Shown piece after piece: positions 1-9,025 of a stretch of 36,695 nt of DNA. Position numbers and translations under genes: made by a program. The notes beneath the pieces were generated by a model. It did no database searches, was not told the DNA's origin, and saw only the letters and a list, made by a program, of their open reading frames with translations. This DNA is from a virus (taxonomy: Duplodnaviria > Heunggongvirae > Uroviricota > Caudoviricetes): IMG/VR virus record IMGVR_UViG_2851938318_000015; one strand, 5' to 3'. The stretch's first letter is position 1. The number at the start of each line of letters is the position of its first letter.

Positions 1-708
1 ATGTGGGTCAATAAGTATATTGACGATTGCACTGATGAGGATTTAAACGATCGTGACTTTATTGCATCAGTTGTTGACCGGGCTATTTTTCATTTCGCGA
101 TTAATAGTATATGTAATCCTGGGGATAATAAAGATGCAATGCCCATTGAACAATGTACTTTTGATGTAGAAAATAAGAATGACCTTCCCTCCACGGTTCA
201 GCTATTTTATGAGGAATCTAAGGATAATGAACCTTTAGCGAATATACATTTTCAAGCAATAGGTTCTGGTTTTTTAACGTTTGTTAATGCCTGCCAGGAA
301 CATGATGACAACAGCTTAAAATTATTTGCTTCGCTGTTAATTTCACTTTCATATTCTAGTGCCTACGCAGATTTATCAGAAACAGTGTATATTAATGAAA
401 ATAATGAGAGCTACCTGAAAGCTCAGTTTGAAAAATTATCTCAACGTGATATGAAGAAGTACCTGGGAGAGATGAAGCGTCTGGCTGATGGGGGAGAAAT
501 GAATTTTGATGGCTATCTGGATAAGATGTCACATCTGGTGAATGAAGGAACGCTCGATCCTGATATTTTAAGCAAAATGCGAGATGCTGCACCACAATTA
601 ATTAGCTTCGCGAAGTCGTTTGACCCAACCTCAAAGGAAGAGATTAAAATACTTACAGACACTTCTAAATTAATTTATGATTTGTTCGGGGTTAAATCGG
701 AGAAATAA
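1..708 (+). CDS. Hypothetical protein, low-GC; possibly the host gene upstream of dusA (yjbM-like)
   Basis: Complete 235-aa ORF starting at base 1, followed by a hairpin plus T-run terminator at 750-778. Lies directly upstream of a dusA 5' fragment; I recall yjbM as the 235-aa K-12 neighbour of dusA, but the identity is from memory of gene order and length, not sequence recognition. Confidence 0.4.
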   Translation: MWVNKYIDDCTDEDLNDRDFIASVVDRAIFHFAINSICNPGDNKDAMPIEQCTFDVENKNDLPSTVQLFYEESKDNEPLANIHFQAIGSGFLTFVNACQEHDDNSLKLFASLLISLSYSSAYADLSETVYINENNESYLKAQFEKLSQRDMKKYLGEMKRLADGGEMNFDGYLDKMSHLVNEGTLDPDILSKMRDAAPQLISFAKSFDPTSKEEIKILTDTSKLIYDLFGVKSEK

Positions 709-749
709 TATGTGAAGTTCTTCGATAGTATGGAAGGCATTATATAAAA

Positions 750-778
750 GGACCCAATATTTATTGGGTTCTTTTTTC
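750..778 (+). terminator. Intrinsic terminator after the first ORF
   Basis: Inverted repeat acccaata / tattgggt followed by a T-run. Confidence 0.5.
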
Positions 779-1070
779 TCTATCAATGCTATTAGCAGGG
801 AGATATATCACCAGAGTTTAATGTGTGATTTTTTATTTATCGTCGAACCTGGATTGTTTATCATTGGCCTTAACAAAGTTAACGGCTAATAAGATTATTT
901 CCATCACTTCGTGAGAGCTTCATGCCTTGAGAGGATCTCAATTTTCTTTTGCAATGAGACAGGCGCTTCCTGTTGTTATGGTATAGTACCCCGCTATTGA
1001 GCCTCCTGAATAGTGATGCTGAATAACATAACCCCATGATATATCGATAAAATAATCTCTACATTTGAAA

Positions 1071-1193
1071 ATGCACGGTAATTCTGAAATGCAAAAAATC
1101 AACCAAACCAGCGCAATGCCTGAAAAAACTGACGTTCACTGGAGTGGTCGGTTTAGCGTTGCACCAATGCTCGATAGGATGTACCGTTTTTGA
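1071..1193 (+). pseudogene. dusA: 5' fragment of tRNA-dihydrouridine synthase A (dusA), interrupted after about 32 codons
   Basis: Short ORF translating MHGNSEMQKINQTSAMPEKTDVHWSGRFSVAPMLD, then RMYRF and a stop. The SVAPMLD stretch matches the conserved DusA N-terminal motif (SVAPMLDWTDRH...); similarity is lost after the LD codons at about 1166. Confidence 0.55.
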
Positions 1194-1318
1194 AAAACAA
1201 ATAGTTATATACTTTGTGGGAGCCTATTGGGAACCCGGCGTTTTCATTTCAAGGTGTAATCCATACGCGGCTTAAGAATGAGATATAATGCGACTTTTAG
1301 TGTTCCGCTTGAGAGGCC

Positions 1319-1855
1319 ATGATGCTTACCCTGGACGAGATAGGTCAATCAGTACGTAACAATATCCAGTTGATTATTGATCATGTCGGCTTACCTCTTG
1401 CTGTTGGTCCGCTCAGTGATGATGATTACAAGATTCTGTGTGGTGGCTATGGTGAGCTTGAATGGGACTATGCGTTAAGTACCTATGGCAACTCCAGAGA
1501 AAAGTATGAGTTCTGCATAAAACTTGTTCAGCAAGGTCGGGTTCAGGGAATACCATCAGGAGCAGCAATTTGTGTTTATGGGGTTGAAGAAAACATCTTT
1601 CGTATCCATATGATCGAAAGGTTTTCTAGAGAAGATGAATCTCACCCATTGAAAGGGCGCATGGTTTTACTCACTCTTATGAGTGCTTTTATATTTTGTA
1701 AAGCTGTTGAATGTAAAGTTGTCCACATTGTAGAGCCAGTACCAGAACTGGTGCAGTATTACGAGTCTTTTGGTTTCCGCATGGAACAGTGCGGTTATGT
1801 GATGTCGGCAGTCATTGATGAGCTGCAGGATATCTTTCTTAAATTTGCTCAGTAG
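1319..1855 (+). CDS. Hypothetical protein, 178 aa; possible GNAT-like acyltransferase fold (weak)
   Basis: Clean ORF just inside the putative junction. The segments HPLKGRMVLLTLMSAF and YYESFGF loosely resemble GNAT motifs A and B; no family assigned with confidence. Confidence 0.35.
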   Translation: MMLTLDEIGQSVRNNIQLIIDHVGLPLAVGPLSDDDYKILCGGYGELEWDYALSTYGNSREKYEFCIKLVQQGRVQGIPSGAAICVYGVEENIFRIHMIERFSREDESHPLKGRMVLLTLMSAFIFCKAVECKVVHIVEPVPELVQYYESFGFRMEQCGYVMSAVIDELQDIFLKFAQ

Positions 1856-2051
1856 GTATAGACGAGAAGGGTCTACAAATTGTAGGATACCCGTCCAGAT
1901 TACCTTAAAGGTACATCTATGGCAGTCGTTTTGTGCTTAAACTACTAAGAAACGATGTCACCAATCGACATGATCGATTGGCATAAGTTAGCGAAACAAG
2001 CTAGCTTTAAAGAAAGGGTTAGAGACGCCTTTACTGTCTCGGGAGTTTTCT

Positions 2052-2225
2052 ATGAAAGATCAAAAAGCAACCAAGCCACAGGTTAAGTTCGACACAATGA
2101 AAGCATTCGCAGGTATGGGTGCTGCTGTTGAAGTTCTGATGAAGGCTGCTCCTAATGCGTTCACTCACGCTACTGTCTCTGGTAAAGAGCAGCAGGGTAA
2201 GCTTCGTCGTCGCAAAGCAGCATGA
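2052..2225 (+). CDS. Small hypothetical protein, 57 aa, basic C-terminus
   Basis: ATG at 2052 preceded by GGGAG about 8 nt upstream; translates MKDQKATKPQVKFDTMKAFAGMGAAVEVLMKAAPNAFTHATVSGKEQQGKLRRRKAA; followed by a strong terminator. Below the 60-aa cutoff of the supplied ORF track. Confidence 0.35.
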   Translation: MKDQKATKPQVKFDTMKAFAGMGAAVEVLMKAAPNAFTHATVSGKEQQGKLRRRKAA

Positions 2226-2243
2226 TCATAGCTGGTGCTTTTT

Positions 2244-2271
2244 GAAAACCCGCCTTCAGGCGGGTTTTTTC
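2244..2271. terminator. Bidirectional intrinsic terminator between convergent genes
   Basis: cccgcc ttcag ggcggg hairpin flanked by an A-run upstream and a T-run downstream; sits between the + strand small ORF and the - strand PrtN-like gene. Confidence 0.6.
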
Positions 2272-2272
2272 T

Positions 2273-2533
2273 TTAGTGATGTTCTTTGTCCTTCTGTTTG
2301 ACTGTTCTGACCTGTTCCCACTCGATACGTCCTTCTTCTCGCCTTTTGTCTATGTATTCCGCAAGATCTTGAATATTGATGCAACGTTTTGCTTTTTGTG
2401 ATGTGCCGATGCGATATGTTGGAACGGGCAACTTACAAGCGTTTGCTTTTGCTTCTGCCGTGGCTGGACTCATACCAAAGTACTTTTGGCTAACTGCTGA
2501 GAGTTCAATGTTTGGGGTATTGAATTCAGCCAT
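2273..2533 (-). CDS. Phage DNA-binding protein, PrtN / excisionase-like family
   Basis: 86-aa ORF (MAEFNTPNIELSAVSQKYFGMSPATAEAKANACKLPVPTYRIGTSQKAKR...) resembling the small PrtN/excisionase-like HTH proteins of lambdoid prophages; its start codon lies 7 bp from the IS end. Confidence 0.5.
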   Translation of the reverse strand: MAEFNTPNIELSAVSQKYFGMSPATAEAKANACKLPVPTYRIGTSQKAKRCINIQDLAEYIDKRREEGRIEWEQVRTVKQKDKEHH

Positions 2534-2539
2534 CAGTAT

Positions 2540-3310
2540 GAACCGCCCCGGGTTTCCTGGAGAGTGTTTTATCTGTGAACTCAGGCTGCCAGATCATCGT
2601 TTCCGATGGAAGCATAATAAGCTTTTTCTGCTTCTGCCGGAGGAGTATGGCCCAGCCTTCCCAGCAATCGTCGATTGTTATACCAGTCCACCCACGTTAG
2701 TGTGGCCAGTTCCACTTCTGCACGGTTTTTCCAGCTCTTACGGTGTATTACCTCCGCTTTGTAAAGACCATTGATGCTCTCAGCCATCGCGTTGTCATAC
2801 GAGTCGCCTGTACTCCCTGTTGATGCCAGTAATCCGGCTTCTTTTAGTCGCTCCGTATAGGCCAGTGACACATACTGAGAGCCTTTATCGCTGTGATGGA
2901 TGGTGCCAGACGGACGACGGGCCCACAACGCCTGCTCCAGCGCATCCAGCACGAATGTCGTTTCCATAGACGATGAGACCCGCCACCCCACGATGTATCC
3001 GGCAAACACATCAATGATAAACGCCACATAGACGAAGCCCTGCCATGTGCTGACGTAAGTAAAATCAGCCACCCACAGCTGGTCAGGTCGTTCTGCCACG
3101 AACTGACGGTTTACGCGGTCGCCTGCGGCAACGGCTTTCCGGCTGATGGTCGTACGGACCTTTTTACCCCGGAGAACACCGGCAAGTCCCATAACCGCCA
3201 TGAGACGTGCCACTGTACATCTGGCCACCCTGATTCCTTCCCGTAACAACTGACGCCAGACTTTACGCACACCGTACACCTGATGATTTTCATCGTATAC
3301 GCGCTGTATC
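2540..3310 (-). mobile_element. Truncated IS3-family insertion sequence (IS629/IS1203-like), 3' portion only
   Basis: Terminal inverted repeat TGAACCGCCCCGGGTTTCCTGGAGAGTGTTTTATCTGTGAACTCA beginning at 2540; orfB-like reading frame on the minus strand; similarity ends near 3310 with no orfA. Element name recalled from memory. Confidence 0.7.
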
Positions 3311-3327
3311 ACACACGCCGGGCGCAA
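2581..3327 (-). pseudogene. IS3-family transposase OrfB (integrase core), 5'-truncated, no orfA upstream
   Basis: 248-aa ORF containing ...QLWVADFTYVSTWQGFVYVAFIIDVFAGYIVGW...HHSDKGSQYVS...YDNAMAES..., typical of IS3-family OrfB (DDE domain). Confidence 0.75.
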
Positions 3328-3389
3328 TCCGTCTGTGCTGGCACTGCGATAACCAGCTGCGCGATCAGTTCACGGAACGGCTGGAATCA

Positions 3390-3977
3390 ATGGCAACGGA
3401 TAACTGTACCCGCTGGGTGTTGTCTGTTGTGCGTCGGGATCTCGGTTTTGATGACAGTCACGTTGTGACAATGCCGGAACTGTGCTGGTGGCTGATTCGT
3501 AATGACCTGGCGGATGCCTTACCGGAAAGTGCAGCCCGTAAGGCACTGAGATTACCGAAGCCTGTTGTGCCGTCTGTCACCCGGGAAAGTGACCTTGTGC
3601 CTTCGGTTCCTGCCACCAGCATCATCCAGGATAAAGCGAAAAAGGTGCTGGCGCTGAAAGTGGATCCGGAGTCGCCGGAGTCTTTTATGTTACGCCCAAA
3701 ACGTCGCCGCTGGGTTAATGAAAAGTACACGCGCTGGGTTAAGACACAGCCGTGTGCATGTTGTGGAAAGCCCGCTGATGATCCCCACCACCTGATAGGC
3801 CACGGTCAGTGTGGAATGGGTACAAAAGCGCATGACCTTTTTGTGTTGCCTTTGTGCAGAAAGCATCACGACGAGCTGCATGCGGATACCGTGGCATTTG
3901 AAGAGAAGTATGGCTCTCAGCTGGAGCTGATATTTCGTTTTATCGATCGTGCGCTGGCAATTGGCGTACTGGCGTAA
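3390..3977 (+). pseudogene. DUF968-family phage protein (YdfU-like), N-terminally truncated at the IS junction
   Basis: Cysteine/histidine-rich C-terminus (CACCGKPADDPHHLIGHG...LCRKHHDELH) as in nin-region DUF968 proteins; the reading frame begins right at the IS fragment boundary. Confidence 0.55.
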
Positions 3978-3990
3978 GTGGAGAACGAGC

Positions 3991-4743
3991 ATGAACCTTG
4001 AAGCCTTACCGAAATATTACTCCCCGAAATCTCCAAAACTGAGCGATGACGCACCGGCGACAGGCTCTGGTGGTTTAACAATTACGGATGTGATGGCTGC
4101 GCAGGGGATGGTGCAGTCAAAAGCACCGCTTGGGTTTGCTTTATTCCTGGCAAAAGTTGGTGTTCAGGATCCTCAGTTTGCGATTGAAGGTCTGCTCAAT
4201 TACGCGATGGCACTGGATAACCCGACATTGAATAAATTGAGTGAAGAAACCCGGCTACAGATCATTCCTTACCTTGTGAATTTTGCCTTTGCTGATTATT
4301 CCAGGTCTGCGGCAAGTAAGGCTCGCTGTGAGCATTGTGCTGGTACTGGATTTCATAATGTATTGCGCGAGGTGGTGAAACACTCCAGAAGCGGGGAATC
4401 TGTTATTAAGGAAGAGTGGGTGAAGGAACTATGTCAGCATTGTCATGGTAAGGGAGAAGTCAGCACAGCATGCAGAGGGTGCAAGGGTAAAGGTATTGTC
4501 CTGGATGAAAAAAGAACCCGGCTTCATGGCACGCCTGTTTATAAGGTTTGTGGGCGTTGCAATGGAAACCGGTTTAGCCGTTTACCAACCACACTGGCGC
4601 GGCTTCATGTCCAGAAGCTGGTACCAGACCTGACGGATTATCAGTGGTACAAAGGATATGCAGATGTCATTGATAAACTGGTTACAAAGTGCTGGCAGGA
4701 AGAAGCATATGCAGAGATACAATTGAGAAAGGTGACAAGATAA
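3991..4743 (+). CDS. Q: Late-gene antitermination protein Q (phage 82/Qin-type)
   Basis: MNLEALPKYYSPKSPKLSDDAPATG... N-terminus and a Cys-rich zinc-binding region (CEHCAGTG...CQHCHGKG...CRGCKGKG); placed upstream of tRNAs and the lysis genes. Confidence 0.75.
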   Translation: MNLEALPKYYSPKSPKLSDDAPATGSGGLTITDVMAAQGMVQSKAPLGFALFLAKVGVQDPQFAIEGLLNYAMALDNPTLNKLSEETRLQIIPYLVNFAFADYSRSAASKARCEHCAGTGFHNVLREVVKHSRSGESVIKEEWVKELCQHCHGKGEVSTACRGCKGKGIVLDEKRTRLHGTPVYKVCGRCNGNRFSRLPTTLARLHVQKLVPDLTDYQWYKGYADVIDKLVTKCWQEEAYAEIQLRKVTR

Positions 4744-4850
4744 ATGGTTTTCGCCGAAGATGACGACATGATGCTTGCATTTTTCAAAAAATATGGATAA
4801 GATTTTCCCAACGATGGGCTTTGTATGTCTACCGTTGATAAGATTTAAGA

Positions 4851-4877
4851 ACCCGCCGATGCGCGGGTTTTTTTGTA
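4851..4877 (+). terminator. Intrinsic terminator candidate downstream of Q (pR'/tR' region)
   Basis: cccgccgatgcgcggg hairpin followed by a 7-T run. Confidence 0.45.
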
Positions 4878-5054
4878 CCCAGAATCCTGTGAGCTATACG
4901 GAAAGTACACAGAAAGGAAGGTGCGACCACAATTAATAACAAAATCTTAAAAATTGCACATGGCACTATTAGTTTTCTAAATATTGTGTATTTTTTGTAT
5001 TGCAGGATGACCCTGTAACGAATTTTGCGTAACAGCATTTTGCTCTACGAGTTT

Positions 5055-5084
5055 GCCAGCCTCCCCCAGTGGCTGGCTTTTTTA
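5055..5084 (+). terminator. Intrinsic terminator candidate (tR'-like)
   Basis: gccagcc / ggctggc 7-bp stem with a 9-nt loop, followed by a T-run. Confidence 0.5.
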
Positions 5085-5089
5085 TGTCT

Positions 5090-5205
5090 GTAGCGTCAAA
5101 GCAGCAATGTCGCTGGGGCGTCGTGCAATTGGCGTTGAGCTGGAGACTGAACGTTTTGAGCAGACGGTCAGGGAAGTTCAGGATTTAGTCAGTCAGAACG
5201 GATGA
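5090..5205 (+). pseudogene. Possible C-terminal remnant of a DNA methyltransferase
   Basis: Short frame translating ...SLGRRAIGVELETERFEQTVREVQDLVSQNG, resembling the conserved C-terminal motif of N6/N4 DNA methylases; no upstream body present. Confidence 0.3.
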
Positions 5206-5245
5206 TATTGCAGGATTAGTTACGTACCGTTATTATCCTGCGCCC

Positions 5246-5321
5246 GGCCCTTTAGCTCAGTGGTGAGAGCGAGCGACTCATAATCGCCAGGTCGCTGGTT
5301 CAAATCCAGCAAGGGCCACCA
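5246..5321 (+). tRNA. ileZ: tRNA with CAU anticodon (ileX/ileZ-like tRNA-Ile2, or Met)
   Basis: Manual cloverleaf fold: acceptor ggccctt/aagggcc, D-stem gctc/gagc, anticodon loop ctCATaa, T-loop ttcaaat, 3' CCA. Close to my recollection of E. coli ileX. Confidence 0.8.
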
Positions 5322-5330
5322 TATCACATA

Positions 5331-5407
5331 CCGCCATTAGCTCATCGGGATAGAGCGTCAGCCTTCGAAGCTGGCTGTGCGGGGTTCAAGTCCCCGATGG
5401 CGGTCCA
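5331..5407 (+). tRNA. tRNA-Arg, anticodon read as UCG
   Basis: Cloverleaf: acceptor ccgccat/atggcgg, anticodon stem tcagc/gctgg, loop ctTCGaa, T-loop ttcaagt, CCA. Anticodon read by hand. Confidence 0.7.
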
Positions 5408-5420
5408 TTATCAGCATCAT

Positions 5421-5497
5421 GCGTTGTTAGCTCAGCCGGACAGAGCAATTGCCTTCTAAGCAATCGGTCACTGGTTCGAATCCAGTACAACGCGCCA
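5421..5497 (+). tRNA. tRNA-Arg, anticodon UCU (decodes rare AGA)
   Basis: Cloverleaf: acceptor gcgttgt/acaacgc, anticodon stem attgc/gcaat, loop ctTCTaa, T-loop ttcgaat, CCA. Confidence 0.75.
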
Positions 5498-6022
5498 CAC
5501 CACACTTATCTGCCCTGACTCTCTTTTGCGGGCTTTTTATTACAGGAAAGACACCGGACAGTGAAATGTTAAATGCCTCACAATTCAGGTAGTCGACTGT
5601 TGCCTGACATGCTGAGCGTTTGTTAAAAAAATCCTGCATGATGAATCCCCCTGGGCGGCGGGGCATAATGACAGATGTTTGGTTGCGTATTGTATAGGCA
5701 AGTTGCGGATTCTGTCTGGTCATTGCAGAATTCACCGGGAGGCACCCGGCATCATGCTGTATACAGAGATTAGGCATATATCCAGGCTCCTCATCGCAGG
5801 AGCCTTTTTACATGCAAAAAAAGCCCGAGTAGGTTCGGGCAACAGCATGAGATACTTGCATTGTCATTTTTATCGTGTGGATTTTAACCAGGGTTTATCA
5901 GGCTGCGCAACTGCGTGGCCTTTTTTCATTTCTTGGGCTGTAGTCCCCGTGTGTCATTCAGGCTTCCGGACTACAGCCCACTCCATATCTGATTTAATAC
6001 ACTATCCCGGCCGGGAGGAATA

Positions 6023-7873
6023 ATGACATTTAAACATTATGATGTTGTCAGGGCGGCGTCGCCGTCAGACCTTGCGGAAAAGCTGACACACAAACTGAAA
6101 GAGGGCTGGCAGCCATACGGCGGACCGGTTGCCATTACGCCGTACACACTGATGCAGGCGGTGGCTATTGAAGGAGAGCCACAGGTCGGCCCTTCATCTG
6201 AGCCGGATTGGTACTACGTCATCGTACTGGCCGGGCAGTCCAATGCCATGGCTTACGGTGAAGGGCTTCCGCTGCCGGATTCATACGATGCTCCGGATCC
6301 GCGCATTAAACAGCTGGCGCGCCGCAGTACAGTTACGCCGGGTGGGGCTGCCTGCAGATATAACGATATTATTCCGGCCGACCACTGCCTGCATGATGTG
6401 CAGGATATGAGTACGCTGAATCATCCGAAGGCAGACCTGAGCAAAGGGCAGTACGGCTGTGTCGGCCAGGGCTTACATATTGCCAAAAAACTGCTTCCGT
6501 ATATCCCGAATAACGCGGGGATCCTGCTGGTACCATGCTGTCGTGGTGGTTCGGCATTCACCCAGGGCGCGGAGGGGACATTCAGTGCGGACGCGGGGGC
6601 CAGCCAGGATTCGGCGCGCTGGGGTGTGGGTAAACCGTTATATCAGGACCTGATTGCGCGCACTAAAGCTGCATTACAGAAGAACCCGAAAAATGTGTTG
6701 CTGGCGGTGTGCTGGATGCAGGGAGAGTTTGACATGAGCGCCGCCACCCACGCACAGCAACCTGCGCTGTTTACAGCCATGCTGGCACAGTTTCGTGCTG
6801 ACCTCTCCGTGTTTAACGCGCAGTGCCATGGTGGCAGTGCTGCAGATGTGCCGTGGATTTGTGGTGACACGACGTATTACTGGAAAAATACATACGCTAC
6901 CCAGTACGACACCGTGTACGGCGGGTATAAAAACAGGGAGAGTGAGGGCGTTTATTTTGTGCCCTTCATGACAGACGGTAACGGCGTCAATACCGCCACT
7001 AACGCGCCGGCAGAAGATCCGGATATTCCGGCATCAGGATATTACGGTGCGGCATCGAGAACGAATGGAAACCAGGTATCATCAAACCGCCCGACACATT
7101 TCAGTTCATGGGCGCGCAGGAGCATTATTCCGGATCGTCTGGCAACCGCTATTCTGAACGCAGCCGGGCGCACCTCAGCCTTCATCAGTGGTAAGGCACC
7201 GGAAATCAAACCCTCGCCCGGCGGCAACACGCCATCGGGTCCGTCTGCAGATACGTCCGTTCGCACAATCTCCCTGCTGCCGGCAGCCGGAGAGGCTGCT
7301 GCGCAGGGCTGGAGCATTAAGGATGGCGGAATTCAGTTGTCAGATGGTGTATTTAAGATCACCAAGCAGAGCAATAAAACCTGGTCCCTGACGCATCCGG
7401 TGGATGACGCAATTACCCTGCTGACACAGGGCGGCAGACTGACCTGTAAGTTCCGCCTGTCAGGCGCGCTGACCAACAATCAGTTCGGGCTGGGGATTTA
7501 TCTGTATACGGATGCTCCCGTTCCTGATGGTGTGGCGATGACGGGTACCGGTAATCCGTTCCTGATGTCGTACTTTACTCAGACCACTGACGGCAGAGTG
7601 AATCTGATGCATCACAGGAAAGCCGGAAACACGAAGCTGGGGGAGTTCGGCGATTACGGTAACGACTGGCAGACGCTGGAGCTGGTGTTCACCGCCGGCA
7701 GTGCCACGGTTACTCCGAAACTGAATGGAGTGGCTGGCCCGGCATTCCAGGTTATAAAAGACAGTCTGACACTGGGACTGAATGCGCTGACGCTGACGGA
7801 TGTTACAAAAAATGCAGCGTATGGCGTTGAGATAGAAAGTCTGGTGCTGGAGATAAATGCACCGGCAGCATAA
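6023..7873 (+). CDS. Prophage sialate O-acetylesterase (NanS-p-like; DUF1737 N-terminus plus SGNH esterase domain)
   Basis: 616-aa ORF starting MTFKHYDVVRAASPSDLAEKL... (DUF1737-like) followed by VIVLAGQSNAMAYGEG (SGNH-type GQSN motif); sits between Q/tRNAs and the lysis cassette, where Stx phages carry stx and nanS-p. Confidence 0.65.
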   Translation: MTFKHYDVVRAASPSDLAEKLTHKLKEGWQPYGGPVAITPYTLMQAVAIEGEPQVGPSSEPDWYYVIVLAGQSNAMAYGEGLPLPDSYDAPDPRIKQLARRSTVTPGGAACRYNDIIPADHCLHDVQDMSTLNHPKADLSKGQYGCVGQGLHIAKKLLPYIPNNAGILLVPCCRGGSAFTQGAEGTFSADAGASQDSARWGVGKPLYQDLIARTKAALQKNPKNVLLAVCWMQGEFDMSAATHAQQPALFTAMLAQFRADLSVFNAQCHGGSAADVPWICGDTTYYWKNTYATQYDTVYGGYKNRESEGVYFVPFMTDGNGVNTATNAPAEDPDIPASGYYGAASRTNGNQVSSNRPTHFSSWARRSIIPDRLATAILNAAGRTSAFISGKAPEIKPSPGGNTPSGPSADTSVRTISLLPAAGEAAAQGWSIKDGGIQLSDGVFKITKQSNKTWSLTHPVDDAITLLTQGGRLTCKFRLSGALTNNQFGLGIYLYTDAPVPDGVAMTGTGNPFLMSYFTQTTDGRVNLMHHRKAGNTKLGEFGDYGNDWQTLELVFTAGSATVTPKLNGVAGPAFQVIKDSLTLGLNALTLTDVTKNAAYGVEIESLVLEINAPAA

Positions 7874-8321
7874 TAAAAAAAGAGCCAGCGACTGACCTGA
7901 AAGAAGACGCTGGCTAAAAGGCCTTATATGTTTGTAGAGACTTATTTTTCACAGACAGCAATGATGCCTGTCAATATATTATCAATATGCGGATTGTTTC
8001 AGTTACAGATGCTTTATTAAGGAAAAAAACAGCCAGCACTGACTTTCGGTGGAGAGGTGCTGGCTCAGAAGGATAGTTGGATTTCACATGATACTTATGC
8101 CTGGCGGTATATTTTCTGACAGACAGTGACGGGTGTTGTCAAGATATTGTGTCATTTATAACCTGAATCAGGGGGTGGCCGGAATGTTATCTGGCATTTT
8201 TAGCAGAGCCTGAATGCCATAATCACGGCTCCCGGAGTTGGCCGTCAGTGGGTGACACTGGCGGCTTTTTTGTTTTTCTTTACTTTCATTTTCTGTCGGC
8301 GGTGACGGAGACATACATCAG

Positions 8322-8528
8322 ATGGAAAAAATCACAACAGGTGTGTCATACACCACGTCAGCGGTGGGGACGGGATACTGGTTACTGCAGCTGCTGGACA
8401 AAGTCTCTCCGTCCCAGTGGGTGGCAATAGGTGTGCTGGGAAGTCTGCTGTTTGGCCTGCTGACGTATCTGACAAATCTTTATTTCAAGATTAAAGAAGA
8501 TAAGCGTAAGGCTGCGAGAGGTGAATAA
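8322..8528 (+). CDS. S: Holin (class II, phage 21 S-like)
   Basis: 68 aa with two hydrophobic segments and a charged C-terminus ([13 protein letters not shown]); stop overlaps the endolysin start. Confidence 0.8.
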   Translation: MEKITTGVSYTTSAVGTGYWLLQLLDKVSPSQWVAIGVLGSLLFGLLTYLTNLYFKIKEDKRKAARGE

Positions 8529-9025
8529 TGTCGCCGTCATTACGCAAGGCTGTTGCAGCTGCTATTGGTGGTGGGGCTGTTGCCATAGCGTCTGTGCTCA
8601 TCACTGGTCCAGGTGGTAACGATGGTCTGGAAGGTGTCAGCTACATACCATACAAAGATATCGTTGGCGTATGGACTGTATGTCACGGACACACCGGAAA
8701 AGACATCATGCCCGGTAAAACGTATACCGAAGCAGAATGCAAAGCCCTCCTGAATAAAGACCTTGCCACGGTCGCCAGACAAATTAACCCGTACATCAAC
8801 GTCGATATACCGGAAACAACGCGCGGCGCTCTTTACTCGTTCGTTTACAACGTGGGCGCTGGCAATTTCAGAACATCGACGCTTCTTCGCAAAATAAACC
8901 AGGGCGATATCAAAGGCGCATGTGATCAGCTACGGCGCTGGACATACGCTGGCGGTAAGCAATGGAAAGGGCTGATGACTCGCCGCGAGATTGAGCGTGA
9001 AGTCTGTTTGTGGGGGCAACAATGA
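8528..9025 (+). CDS. R: Endolysin (phage lysozyme, GH24 family, with N-terminal signal-anchor-release segment)
   Basis: N-terminal [18 protein letters not shown] hydrophobic segment, then a T4-lysozyme-like region ([23 protein letters not shown]...); follows the holin. Confidence 0.8.
   Translation: MSPSLRKAVAAAIGGGAVAIASVLITGPGGNDGLEGVSYIPYKDIVGVWTVCHGHTGKDIMPGKTYTEAECKALLNKDLATVARQINPYINVDIPETTRGALYSFVYNVGAGNFRTSTLLRKINQGDIKGACDQLRRWTYAGGKQWKGLMTRREIEREVCLWGQQ

Noticed and set aside
5427-6023. ORFs of 116 aa (minus) and 114 aa (plus) in the tRNA-nanS interval
   Set aside because: The minus-strand ORF overlaps two tRNA genes. The plus-strand ORF has no RBS or recognisable composition and sits where only regulatory DNA is expected.
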